IMG/VR virus record: IMGVR_UViG_3300032315_001572
Location: 1 to 64,000 of that record
Direction: 5' to 3' (one strand)
DNA length: 64,000 nucleotides
Source of the DNA: a virus
A model generated the notes under the pieces. The model saw only the letters and a list, made by a program, of their open reading frames with translations, was not told the DNA's origin and did not search any database. The translations under genes and the position numbers were made by a program. Of the stretch, positions 10,506 to 20,312 are shown piece after piece; within the stretch, counting starts at the first letter, position 1; each line of letters opens with the position of its first letter.

Positions 10506-11275
10506 ATAAATTTAAAATAGTAATTATATCAAATAGTGCTTATAGTTATTTATGGAAAATTATAAATGATTTAACAATTAATATCGAAAATATAAATTTA
10601 TGTTTAGATGAAAACCCCATAGATTTTAAATTTAATAAAAATATAAATATTATTTATTATACTAAAAGTAATATTTATTCTAAAAGATTACATGAGATAA
10701 TATCTCAAATTGATTCTGAATATGTTATACTTTTGCATGATGTAGACCTTATTTTAAACTTTAATAAAATTAAAGTTGCTGATTATATCAGATTAATGGA
10801 GAAAATCAACATAGATAGATTAAGCTTTGGAGTTTATGATAATCCTAATAATATAATTAAAGATGGTGAAATTCAAATATGTAAACTAGAAAAAGGAATT
10901 AGTAGAAGCTATTTTACGCCATTTGATCATACTCCATCAATATATAGAAAAGATAAATTAATTTTAATTTATAAAAATTTTGAAAATGAAACATACGCTA
11001 AACTAGAACAAAATAGTAATGTTCAAGATTTTGTAGATAACAATATAAAGTGTTATGGAATACAAAAAAATAAAAACGTAGATTTGATTTATCACAGAGG
11101 ATTTGTTTTTTCTCAAGATATGAGTTTTTTGCATTTAACTATACAAGGTAAATTTCTGCCAACAAAACTATATTATGATCTTGAAAAAACAGTGCAAGAT
11201 ATAATAAAAAAATATGAGTTAGAGTTTGTTGGTTCACATGAAAATCATGATTATATAGATAAAAATATCCTATGA
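10502..11275 (+). CDS. putative GT-A fold glycosyltransferase
   Basis: YVILLHDVD acidic motif after a beta strand; operon context. Confidence 0.5.
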   Translation: MNKFKIVIISNSAYSYLWKIINDLTINIENINLCLDENPIDFKFNKNINIIYYTKSNIYSKRLHEIISQIDSEYVILLHDVDLILNFNKIKVADYIRLMEKINIDRLSFGVYDNPNNIIKDGEIQICKLEKGISRSYFTPFDHTPSIYRKDKLILIYKNFENETYAKLEQNSNVQDFVDNNIKCYGIQKNKNVDLIYHRGFVFSQDMSFLHLTIQGKFLPTKLYYDLEKTVQDIIKKYELEFVGSHENHDYIDKNIL

Positions 11276-12477
11276 TACTTGAACTAGAAAAAACAAATAA
11301 AGAGCTTTTTCTATCAAAAGATGTAAATAATAGAGAAATTTATTTTTTTAATTTAAAAGACGTTCAATTTGTCGGTCAAGATTTATATTACCCAAATGTA
11401 TTCGCTTTTTCAAGAAGTGATAATAATTTTTATAGAGTTATTAGAGAGAAAATTATGTCTTTGCAAAATATACGACTACCAAATTTTAATTTTAAAAAAT
11501 ACGAACTAGAAGATGAGATGGTAGAGCCCGTATTCTATTTCGTCTATAATACTGAAAATTATTATCATTTTGTTTATGATACGTTACCATATTTAATATC
11601 TTTTAATAAAATAAAAGAAAAAATTCCAAATTTAAAATTACTGATGAATTATCCGAATAAAGATAAAAATAATTTATATAAATTCGTAAAAGAATACTTA
11701 GATTTATTAAAGATAAAAGATGAAGATATTAAAATTATTAATCCAAAAACTTTATATAGAGATGTATATTTTTCTAGTTCGTTTACGCATGACATAGACT
11801 CAAACTTGCCACCAAGAAAAGAAGTTTACGAATTTTATAAAAATATGGCAAATGAAATTAATGACAACTTAAATTTACCAAAAAAAATTTATATATCGAG
11901 AAGAACATGGACAACTAAAGACCATTCTAATATAGGGACTAATTATACAAATAGAAGAAAATTAGTTAATGAGGACGAATTGGTATATGTTTTAAATAAA
12001 TATGGATATCAAGAAATATTTACTGAAAATTTATCAATAAAAGAAAAGATAGCGTTATTTAAAAATGCCACCAATATCATTGGAGCTTTTGGAGGCGGTA
12101 TATGTAATGCTTTATTTAGTAAACCAGAAACAGAATTAATAGCTATTGAATCGCCAGGATTTCTAAATGTAAACAAAAGATTTTTATTTTCTTTAAAAAA
12201 TGTAAATCTAAAAATATTTAAAGATACCTCTCATTTTGAAAAAGCTAAATATAAAAAATATATCAGAGTAAAATATAATTCAATAATTGGAGAAATTATT
12301 GAAATAGATGGAGACTATATAACTATTGCATATACTGATAATTTTATTGCAGGATGGAGCGCTGATCTAAATTATAAAACTATAAGAGTTAAAAGTCAAT
12401 TATGCGAACCACTAGACGATGGGCTTAATTCAAGTTGGGAATTGAATATTAAAAAACTAGAATATATATTAAATTAA
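11272..12477 (+). CDS. GT61-like (DUF563) glycosyltransferase
   Basis: NYYHFVYDTLP, KIYISRR, RRKLVNE, LSIKEKIALFKNA, GAFGGGICN motifs. Confidence 0.85.
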   Translation: MILELEKTNKELFLSKDVNNREIYFFNLKDVQFVGQDLYYPNVFAFSRSDNNFYRVIREKIMSLQNIRLPNFNFKKYELEDEMVEPVFYFVYNTENYYHFVYDTLPYLISFNKIKEKIPNLKLLMNYPNKDKNNLYKFVKEYLDLLKIKDEDIKIINPKTLYRDVYFSSSFTHDIDSNLPPRKEVYEFYKNMANEINDNLNLPKKIYISRRTWTTKDHSNIGTNYTNRRKLVNEDELVYVLNKYGYQEIFTENLSIKEKIALFKNATNIIGAFGGGICNALFSKPETELIAIESPGFLNVNKRFLFSLKNVNLKIFKDTSHFEKAKYKKYIRVKYNSIIGEIIEIDGDYITIAYTDNFIAGWSADLNYKTIRVKSQLCEPLDDGLNSSWELNIKKLEYILN

Positions 12478-12490
12478 CATATAACATATT

Positions 12491-13114
12491 ATGAGCGAAA
12501 TTGTACGCCAATTAAGAGAAGAAATTATATCGAATAATGTTGATTTCTTAAAGGATAAGTTATTTTTTGAATTTGGTGTTTTTCAAGGAGAATCATTATC
12601 GATGTTTTATGATTTATATAAAAAACATTTAAATATTGAAAATACTTTATTTTATGCATTCGATTCGTTCGAAGGTCTTCCAGAAGAAATAAAAGATAAA
12701 AACAACCCTTCATACTGGAATAAAGGTGCATTTAATATGAGTGGAAATATTCCAGAATGTTTAAATAGAGATAAAATTATAACAATTAAGGGTTTTTTTT
12801 CTGAATCATTGACGCAGGATTTTGCCACCACCATAAATAAAAAAATTGGTTTGCTTCATATAGATTGCGATTTATACACATCAACTTATGAAGCTTTAGA
12901 TTTTTGCTTTAAAAATAATTTGATAATTCCAGGAACAATTATAATGTATGACGATTGGGGTGGTTATCACGAGAAACAAGTAGATGAATTTGAATGTGGC
13001 GAAGGATTAGCTCACAAACAAATATTAGAAAAATATAATAAAAAATGTATATTTAAATCAAAAACAATCATCTCACCAAAGTATCACGAAATTACTACTT
13101 TTATTGTAGAATAA
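12491..13114 (+). CDS. TylF/MycF-family sugar O-methyltransferase
   Basis: EFGVFQG, FDSFEGLP, KGFFSESL, LLHIDCDLY.ST, YDDW motifs. Confidence 0.88.
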   Translation: MSEIVRQLREEIISNNVDFLKDKLFFEFGVFQGESLSMFYDLYKKHLNIENTLFYAFDSFEGLPEEIKDKNNPSYWNKGAFNMSGNIPECLNRDKIITIKGFFSESLTQDFATTINKKIGLLHIDCDLYTSTYEALDFCFKNNLIIPGTIIMYDDWGGYHEKQVDEFECGEGLAHKQILEKYNKKCIFKSKTIISPKYHEITTFIVE

Positions 13115-13144
13115 TATATAAAAACATAAATAATTTTTATTTTT

Positions 13145-14599
13145 ATGAAAACTGCATTATTGATAGCTGGTTATTTACGCTCATTTAAAGTCAACCTTCC
13201 GTTAATCAAAGATAAGATTTTAGATAAATTTAAAGATATTGATACATATATTCATATAACTAAAAATGAAGCAAAAAATGATAAGTATTTTAATATAGCT
13301 AATGAAGTAGAAGATATTTCATATATAAAAAATATTTTAAATCCAAAATGTATTTTACTAGAAGATAACATTGATATCTTTCAAAATTCAAAGAAAAATA
13401 ATCTTTATAATACATGGATAAAATACTATAAACTAAATGAAATTAAAAAAATAAATGAAAAATTACATGGAAAGTATGATTTAGTTGCGAAATATAGACC
13501 AGATTTAAATATTATAACTGAAGAAATTTTTCCAAAACAACTAGAAAATAAAATATATATACCAGAAAAAAGCCTTATTGATAAATCTAAATTGGAGAAT
13601 CCTGACGATAATCATATGTGCGATATATTTGCGTATGGTAAATCTCAATTAATGGATCAATATTTTAATATATACAATAACTTAGAACAATTATCTCAAG
13701 AGCACGGATACACTCCAGAAACAATTATATATGAATATTTAAACAAAGAACAAATTCCGTATAAACTTATTAATCTAGAGTATTCTATGATTTTATCCAT
13801 ATGTAATACTTTTGCAATTTGTGGAGATTCTGGATCTGGAAAATCCACTTTAAGTAATATACTACAAGAGTATTTCTCAAATTCTTTTATTTTAGAATGC
13901 GACAGATATCACAAATGGGAAAGAAATGATGAAAATTGGAAAAAATTTACGCATTTAAATCCAGAAGCAAATTATATAACAAAAATGGAAAATGATATTT
14001 TTGACTTAAAAATTGGTAAAACAATTCATCAAGTTAATTATGATCATTCAAATGGAAAATTTACTCAAAAAGAAAAAATAGAAAAATCAGATAATATAAT
14101 TGTTTGCGGATTGCATAGTTTATATTCAGAAAATCATGGAGCATATAATTTAAAAATATTTATTGATACAGATATTAATCTTAAAACTAAATGGAAAATA
14201 AAAAGAGATATGCAAAATAGAGGCTATTCGATTGAAGAAACATTAAAGCAAATAGAAGCAAGAAAAGAAGACTATTATAAATATATATATCCCCAAAGAG
14301 ATAAATCAGATATTATTATTAATTTCTTTACAGATAAAGATTTTGATATAAACAAAATCAATGAGGATGATACTGTTAATTTAAGAATTTTAATCAATAA
14401 GAAGTATTCTCTTATAGATATATTAAGTCATTTATCCAAAAAAGAAATAGAATTCAAAATAAAATCAAATAATGAGATATTTAATGAAATTATTTTTTAT
14501 AAATATAAAAAATGTAATATTTTAGAAAACTCAAACATATCTTTCGATAATTATTATGATTATATAATGTTTTTTATATTATCATTACAACAAAATTAA
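13145..14599 (+). CDS. fusion: N-terminal putative glycosyltransferase-like domain plus phosphoribulokinase/uridine-kinase-family domain
   Basis: N-half: ALLIAGYLRSF, YDLVAKYRPD, DIFAYG, PE. C-half: CGDSGSGKST, DRYH, LNPEAN, YDHSNG, GLH, KIKRDMQNRG, YIYPQ, resembling plant/cyanobacterial PRK motifs. Confidence 0.75.
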   Translation: MKTALLIAGYLRSFKVNLPLIKDKILDKFKDIDTYIHITKNEAKNDKYFNIANEVEDISYIKNILNPKCILLEDNIDIFQNSKKNNLYNTWIKYYKLNEIKKINEKLHGKYDLVAKYRPDLNIITEEIFPKQLENKIYIPEKSLIDKSKLENPDDNHMCDIFAYGKSQLMDQYFNIYNNLEQLSQEHGYTPETIIYEYLNKEQIPYKLINLEYSMILSICNTFAICGDSGSGKSTLSNILQEYFSNSFILECDRYHKWERNDENWKKFTHLNPEANYITKMENDIFDLKIGKTIHQVNYDHSNGKFTQKEKIEKSDNIIVCGLHSLYSENHGAYNLKIFIDTDINLKTKWKIKRDMQNRGYSIEETLKQIEARKEDYYKYIYPQRDKSDIIINFFTDKDFDINKINEDDTVNLRILINKKYSLIDILSHLSKKEIEFKIKSNNEIFNEIIFYKYKKCNILENSNISFDNYYDYIMFFILSLQQN

Positions 14600-14893
14600 A
14601 TGAAAGTAATATATATTGATATAGATGAAACTATTTGCAAGACTCCAGAAAATAGGGATTATTTTGAAGCAATACCAATAAAAGAGAATATAGAAAAGAT
14701 AAACAAATTATACAAAGCAGGAAATACAATAGTATACTGGACATCAAGGGGTAGTAGAAAACAAATCAATTGGTATGCATTAACTAAATCACAATTAGAC
14801 TCATGGGGTGTTATGTATCATGAATTAAGAGTAGATAAACCATACTATGATTTATTTATTGATGATAAAACATTAAGAATCGAAGAAGTATGA
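14600..14893 (+). CDS. small HAD phosphatase (EcbF/BcbF-like capsule biosynthesis phosphatase)
   Basis: IDIDETI (DxDxT), WTSRG, KP..DLFIDDK motifs; 97 aa, capless. Confidence 0.82.
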   Translation: MKVIYIDIDETICKTPENRDYFEAIPIKENIEKINKLYKAGNTIVYWTSRGSRKQINWYALTKSQLDSWGVMYHELRVDKPYYDLFIDDKTLRIEEV

Positions 14894-15366
14894 AAATCAT
14901 ATCTCATAGAGGTAATATTAATGGAAAAATATTAGATAAAGAAAATAAACCTTCATATCTAGATTCTGCAATTTTTTCTAAAATTGAAGTAGAAACAGAT
15001 ATTAGATGGATAGATAATAAATTTTATCTTGGACACGATAATCCAGATTATATCATAAATGAAGAATGGATTTTAAAAAGAAAAGATTACATATGGTTTC
15101 ATTGCAAGAATCTAGAAGCTGCTCAAAACTTAGAGGTTTTATCTAAAGATATAAAATATTTTTGTCATACCAATGATCCATTTATATCTACTAGCACAAA
15201 TCATTTTTGGGTTCATGATTTTACTTGCAATTTAAATAAACAATGTATTATACCATTATTAGATGAAATTAATATTAAAAATTTTAACAATAAAATTGTT
15301 TATGCAGTATGCACGGATTATGTAAATTTTTGTAAATATAATTTACGTCAAAAGGGATTATGCTAA
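14890..15366 (+). CDS. glycerophosphodiester phosphodiesterase-like small protein
   Basis: IISHRGN, EN, VETDI, LGHD, WFHCKN, VCTD motifs. Confidence 0.75.
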   Translation: MKIISHRGNINGKILDKENKPSYLDSAIFSKIEVETDIRWIDNKFYLGHDNPDYIINEEWILKRKDYIWFHCKNLEAAQNLEVLSKDIKYFCHTNDPFISTSTNHFWVHDFTCNLNKQCIIPLLDEINIKNFNNKIVYAVCTDYVNFCKYNLRQKGLC

Positions 15367-16934
15367 TTAAAGATAATATTCAACTTATAATTCCTATGTC
15401 GGGAAAAGGAAAGAGATTTGCTCAAGCTGGATATAAAACATTAAAACCATTGATAGAAGTAGATGGTTTTCCAATGGTTCAGCATGTAGTAAATCTTTTT
15501 CCTGGAGCAACAGACATATCTTTTATTTGCGACGAAAGACATCTAAAAGAAACTAATATGCTAGAAATATTGAAGTCAATTGCACCTAACGCTAAAATAT
15601 TTGAAGTCTCTAATAATACGAAAGGTCCAGTAAACGCAGTATACTCTATTAAAAACCATATAGATGAAAATAAAGAAGTTATTGTATCTTATTGCGACTA
15701 TGGCACAGATTGGGATTTTGATAAGTTCCTAGAAATAACTAGAAATGGAAACTTTGATGGAGCAATACCATGTTATACAGGATTTCATCCTCATATGTTG
15801 GGTAGCGATAATTATGCTTTCTGTAGGGAAGAAAATAAAATACTTTTAGAAATTAAAGAAAAAGAACCATTTACAAATAACAGAATGAACGAATACGCTT
15901 CGAATGGAACTTATTACTTTAAAACGGGATCAATCCTTAAAAAATATTTTAAAGAATTAATTGATTTAGATCTTAATTTAAAAGGAGAGTATTACGTTAG
16001 TTTGGCCTATAATCTTTTAGTTAGAGATAATTTAAAAGTTAATATTTTTGAAATTAACAAAATGCTTCAATGGGGAACTCCATATGATCTAGAGATATAT
16101 AAAAGCTGGTCAGCTTACTTCAAGAATATAAGCGAACCACAAACCCCAATCTATAACGATGCAGAAACAACGCTAATCTTACCTATGGCTGGAAAAGGAA
16201 GTAGATTTTCTGAAGAGGGCTATTCATTACCAAAGCCACTACTAGAAGTAGACTCAAAACCAATGATTATCCAAGCCGTAGATTGTCTTCCTCAATCACG
16301 AAATAATATATTCATATGCTTATCAGAACATATTAAAAATTTTGATTTAGAACAAAAATTAAAAAATAAATATTTAAATTGCAAAGTTTTATCTATAGAT
16401 GAAACTACAAAGGGACAGGCTTGTACTTGCGAATTAGCTATTAAAAATTTTAAATTAGATTTAGATAAACCTATTTTAATTTCTGCTTGTGATAATGGAG
16501 TTTATTATGACCAGAAAAAGTATTTAAAATTACTAGAAGACAAAAATAACGACATTATCGTTTGGTCTTTTAGAAATAGTCAAACCAGTAAAGTACATCC
16601 TAATATGTATTCTTGGTTGGACGTAGATGAAAATAATAATTTAAAACATGTTTCTTGTAAAAAATTCATATATGACGACCCATTAAAAACTCACGCAATC
16701 ATAGGAACAATGTTCTTTAGAAAAGCAAAATACTTTATGGATGGTCTAGAAAAAAATTATCAAGAAAATATAAGAACTAATAATGAGTTTTATGTAGATG
16801 ATGTATTAAACCAAAATATAAAAATGGGACTTAATATAAAAGTATTTGAAGTCGAAAACTACATCTGCTGGGGTACACCAGATGATTATAAAACTTATAA
16901 TTATTGGAAAGATTATTTTAATAAATATAATTGA
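15360..16934 (+). CDS. tandem two-domain nucleotidyltransferase-fold protein (KfoE/BcbE-like)
   Basis: Two copies of IPM(S/A)GKG.RF...GY...KPL(I/L)EVD..PM, each ending in WGTP.D; 524 aa. Confidence 0.8.
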   Translation: MLIKDNIQLIIPMSGKGKRFAQAGYKTLKPLIEVDGFPMVQHVVNLFPGATDISFICDERHLKETNMLEILKSIAPNAKIFEVSNNTKGPVNAVYSIKNHIDENKEVIVSYCDYGTDWDFDKFLEITRNGNFDGAIPCYTGFHPHMLGSDNYAFCREENKILLEIKEKEPFTNNRMNEYASNGTYYFKTGSILKKYFKELIDLDLNLKGEYYVSLAYNLLVRDNLKVNIFEINKMLQWGTPYDLEIYKSWSAYFKNISEPQTPIYNDAETTLILPMAGKGSRFSEEGYSLPKPLLEVDSKPMIIQAVDCLPQSRNNIFICLSEHIKNFDLEQKLKNKYLNCKVLSIDETTKGQACTCELAIKNFKLDLDKPILISACDNGVYYDQKKYLKLLEDKNNDIIVWSFRNSQTSKVHPNMYSWLDVDENNNLKHVSCKKFIYDDPLKTHAIIGTMFFRKAKYFMDGLEKNYQENIRTNNEFYVDDVLNQNIKMGLNIKVFEVENYICWGTPDDYKTYNYWKDYFNKYN

Positions 16935-16959
16935 TTTTTATTTAAAAATATATTATCAT
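16931..16959 (+). promoter_or_regulatory. sigma70-type promoter (leaderless) for gmd
   Basis: TTGATT-17-TATCAT-6-ATG(16966). Confidence 0.7.
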
Positions 16960-16965
16960 AATAAA

Positions 16966-18111
16966 ATGAATCAAAATATAAAAGAAACCTATTACGGTAA
17001 AAAGATAGATACTTCTAATATTTTAAATATCGAAGACGCAAGTAGACTCATCAATAATAGAAAAACTATTGTAGTAACTGGCGTTACTGGTCAAGATGGA
17101 AGTCACATGGTAGATTTTTTACTCAAAAATACTGATTATCTTATATTTGGTGGAGTAAGAAGACTGAGCGTTTATAATCATGAGAACATTAGACATATTA
17201 AATCTGATAGATTTCATCTTATTAATTTTGACTTAACGGATTCTCATGCTATATCAAGAACTGTAGAAAAATTGCAACCAGATTATTTTATTAATTTTGC
17301 TGCGCAAAGTTTTGTTGCAAGTAGTTGGGATTTCTCCAAACAAACCTGGCATACAAATTCAACGGCAGTTTTAGATATTCTTGAAGCAATTAGATTATAC
17401 AAACCATCTTGCAGATTATATCAAGCTGGCTCTAGCGAAGAGTTTGGAAACGTAGAGTATTCTCCACAAGATGAAAGCCATCCTTTAAAACCAAGAAGTC
17501 CTTACGGTGCAAGCAAAGCCGCTTCTAGACAGTTGGTAAAAGTTTACAGAGAATCTTATGGGATATATGCAATTCAAGGTTGGCTATTTAATCATGAGGG
17601 TACAAGAAGAGGAGAAGAATTTGTCACTAGAAAGATTAGTAAAAATGTAGCTCGCATTTATAATGCAATTAAAAATAACGAAGACTTCCAACCACTTGAG
17701 TTAGGAAATATTGAAGCTAAACGAGACTGGAGTGATGCAGAAGATTTCATAGAAGGTGTTTGGATGATGTTGAATCAAGATAAATATAATCCAAATTACT
17801 CTGGAGAACCTAAAGAATATATATTCTCTTCAAATGAAACTCATACTATTAAAGAATTTGCTGAAAAAGCCTTTAAATATGCATCAATAAATGGCGAATG
17901 GATTGGAGAAGGAGAACATATCATATTCATAAATAAAGATAAAAAAGTATTACTTCAAATTAATTCAAAATTCTATAGACCAGCAGAAGTAGAGCTTTTG
18001 CTTGGAGATTCTAATAAAGCCAGACAAGAATTAAATTGGAAACCCAAAATTTCATTTGACAAACTAATAGAAAAGATGGTAAACTGGGATATTGAAAATC
18101 TCAAATCATAA
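16966..18111 (+). CDS. gmd: GDP-mannose 4,6-dehydratase
   Basis: TGVTGQDGS, AAQSFV..SW, YQAGSSEEFG, PRSPYGASK, FNHEG.RRGEEFVTRKI, LGN.EAKRDW, FYRPAEVELLLGD; start moved to ATG 16966. Confidence 0.95.
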   Translation: MNQNIKETYYGKKIDTSNILNIEDASRLINNRKTIVVTGVTGQDGSHMVDFLLKNTDYLIFGGVRRLSVYNHENIRHIKSDRFHLINFDLTDSHAISRTVEKLQPDYFINFAAQSFVASSWDFSKQTWHTNSTAVLDILEAIRLYKPSCRLYQAGSSEEFGNVEYSPQDESHPLKPRSPYGASKAASRQLVKVYRESYGIYAIQGWLFNHEGTRRGEEFVTRKISKNVARIYNAIKNNEDFQPLELGNIEAKRDWSDAEDFIEGVWMMLNQDKYNPNYSGEPKEYIFSSNETHTIKEFAEKAFKYASINGEWIGEGEHIIFINKDKKVLLQINSKFYRPAEVELLLGDSNKARQELNWKPKISFDKLIEKMVNWDIENLKS

Positions 18112-18424
18112 ACTTTGTCAATTAATAGTTAAAAAATACGTTAAAGGAAATATAAATTGGCCAAGAGAAATCAAAATCGCCCAAAGACTCGTTAAGAAAT
18201 TTAAATCTTTTGAGTTTTGGGATAATCTCAAAGAACTGGGCAATCCCCCACCATCATTAGCTTGGTTCTTAAAAGCAGAAGGCAAGGCCTTTTTGTTAAG
18301 AGAATATGAGAGTTTTAATATAAATCTAAATATACCCAAAATAGAATTAAAAGAAAATAAAGTAGAAGATGATAAAAAGATTTGCAAAAAACCAAAAACT
18401 CTATTAGAATTCATAAGAAAATAA
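18092..18424 (+). CDS. hypothetical protein
   Basis: 110 aa ORF packed between neighbours. Confidence 0.65.
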   Translation: MKISNHKLCQLIVKKYVKGNINWPREIKIAQRLVKKFKSFEFWDNLKELGNPPPSLAWFLKAEGKAFLLREYESFNINLNIPKIELKENKVEDDKKICKKPKTLLEFIRK

Positions 18425-18425
18425 A

Positions 18426-19133
18426 ATGAAACATATAGCTCTTACCGCTGCAATCAACTATAATGATTATTTAAAAATTTTTAAAAAACATAATTATCAT
18501 TTCTTCGATGAAATACATATAGCTACGGATACTAAAGAAGATAAAGAATTAGAAGAAATTTGTAATGATTCAAAATTTAAATTAATTAAAACTGATAAAT
18601 TTTATAATTATCAAAATAAACCAGCTAGATTCAATAGAGGTGCTGCCTATACATATGCTATGTCAAAAATGGAAAATCCAGAACTAGTAACTGTAATAGA
18701 CGCAGACACAATACTACCAGATTATTATATAAATATATTTAATGAACTAAAAAATAATGGCCCATTTGATCAAATGATAAGTGCCAGAAGATTCGTATTA
18801 GAAGAATATCAAGATTACGAAAAAGTCTTTATAAATAAAGATCCAGATTACAAACCAGAAATAAAAAGTTTTGATTGGGGATGGGGTTATTTACAAATTT
18901 TTCATGCTAAAAGTAAATGGTTAAAACAAGGTTTACAATATCCAGAAAATGACGATTGTACAACTTCGGATTTTTTATTCAGAAGACAATTTGGATGGCA
19001 TGTTTTTAGAAATGATACAGAGGAACATTATTGGGACCCATCAGCACAAATATGCTTAAGAAACTATACAGTTTATGGTTTAGGCCCAAATAATATAAAT
19101 GCACAAGGAAGAACAGCTAAAAAGTTTATTTAA
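18426..19133 (+). CDS. GT-A fold glycosyltransferase (GT2-like)
   Basis: NYNDYL, FNRGAA, VIDADT (DxD), GYLQIF, SDFLF. Confidence 0.7.
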   Translation: MKHIALTAAINYNDYLKIFKKHNYHFFDEIHIATDTKEDKELEEICNDSKFKLIKTDKFYNYQNKPARFNRGAAYTYAMSKMENPELVTVIDADTILPDYYINIFNELKNNGPFDQMISARRFVLEEYQDYEKVFINKDPDYKPEIKSFDWGWGYLQIFHAKSKWLKQGLQYPENDDCTTSDFLFRRQFGWHVFRNDTEEHYWDPSAQICLRNYTVYGLGPNNINAQGRTAKKFI

Positions 19134-19135
19134 AC

Positions 19136-19163
19136 TTGCATTTTTTAAAATTTACATTATAAT
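19136..19163 (+). promoter_or_regulatory. sigma70-type promoter (leaderless) for recA-like gene
   Basis: TTGCAT-16-TATAAT-6-ATG(19170). Confidence 0.7.
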
Positions 19164-19169
19164 AATAAT

Positions 19170-20312
19170 ATGGCAAAAAAATCTAAAGAAGAAATTATTG
19201 AATCATCTGGACCAAGCGCATCAGATAGGCTACTATCTTTTTTAAAGGAAAATAAAGAAGATCATTATAATTTTGAGGAAGAAATTTACTATAAAGTATC
19301 AACTGGTAGTTTAAACCTGGACATCGCTACAAGCGGTGGTTTATGTCCAGGGTTACATAGATTTATTGGGATGAATGAAGGTGGAAAAACTTCAGAAGCA
19401 CTTGAAGTAACAAAGAATTTTCTTAAAACAGTAGCTAATTCAAGAGCGTTACTCTTCAAAGCAGAAGGAAGATTGAGCAAAGAAATTAAAGATCGTTCTG
19501 GCATTAAATTTGTAACTGATGCAAAAGAATGGGTTGATGGAACTTGCTTCGTATTTGAATGTAATATTTTTGAAACAGTTTCTGAACTGATGAAAGATCT
19601 TATTCAATCTAATGATGAAAACAAAAGGTATATGTTTATTCTTGATTCAGTTGATGGTTTAATGACAAAAGGCGATTCTCAAAAGAGCATGACAGAAGCA
19701 ACAAAAGTTGCTGGTGGAGCGGTTATTTCTTCGATGTTGATGAAGAGGATTTCTCTTGCACTTTCTAAGCGCGGTCATATGGCAATCTTTATTAGTCAGG
19801 TTCGATCTGATATTAAACTTGATCCTTACGCAGCCAATAAAGATATTCGTCAAACTACTGCAACTGGTGGAAATGCGTTATTACATTTTGCTAATTGGAT
19901 TCTTGAATTTGAACCAAAGTTTAATAAAGATCTTATTCTTGAAAAACCAAATGATAAATATGATCCAGTTAAGAACAAAATTATTGGACATAATGTTAAA
20001 ATTATTATTAAAAAATCCACAAATGAATCTACAAACTCTAAGATTCAATATCCAATTAAATATGGTCGCAAGGATGGCTCTTCAGTTTGGAGGGAATACG
20101 AGATTATTGACCAAATCTTATCTTGGGAATTTGCAACTGCAAAAGGAGCATGGGTTACTTTTTCCGACGAAATCATTGATGAACTTAAAAAAGTAAATCT
20201 AGAGCTTAAGAAGCAACATCAAGGAATAGATAACCTAAGATCTTATCTAGAAGAAAATAAATCAATCGTAGACTATTTCTATAATAAATTCATTAACACT
20301 CTTGCGTCATGA
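19170..20312 (+). CDS. recA: RecA/UvsX-like recombinase
   Basis: STGSLNLDIA.SGG, Walker A GMNEGGKTS, ILDSV, IFISQVR, TGGNALLHFA. Confidence 0.9.
   Translation: MAKKSKEEIIESSGPSASDRLLSFLKENKEDHYNFEEEIYYKVSTGSLNLDIATSGGLCPGLHRFIGMNEGGKTSEALEVTKNFLKTVANSRALLFKAEGRLSKEIKDRSGIKFVTDAKEWVDGTCFVFECNIFETVSELMKDLIQSNDENKRYMFILDSVDGLMTKGDSQKSMTEATKVAGGAVISSMLMKRISLALSKRGHMAIFISQVRSDIKLDPYAANKDIRQTTATGGNALLHFANWILEFEPKFNKDLILEKPNDKYDPVKNKIIGHNVKIIIKKSTNESTNSKIQYPIKYGRKDGSSVWREYEIIDQILSWEFATAKGAWVTFSDEIIDELKKVNLELKKQHQGIDNLRSYLEENKSIVDYFYNKFINTLAS

Noticed and set aside
13810-14330. PRK as a carbon-fixation auxiliary metabolic gene
   Set aside because: It is fused to a GT-like domain inside a glycan operon and no RuBisCO or Calvin-cycle gene is in the window
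16846-16965. N-terminal extension of Gmd in the ORF track
   Set aside because: It overlaps the upstream gene, and a promoter lies within it pointing to ATG 16966
1759-19133. Bacterial O-antigen/capsule locus (host chromosome or chimera)
   Set aside because: No export or polymerase genes; shares promoter style and gene packing with the flanking phage modules
19756-20196. 146-aa overlapping ORF inside recA, and other short antisense ORFs in the track
   Set aside because: Alternative frames of well-supported genes, with no motifs or expression signals
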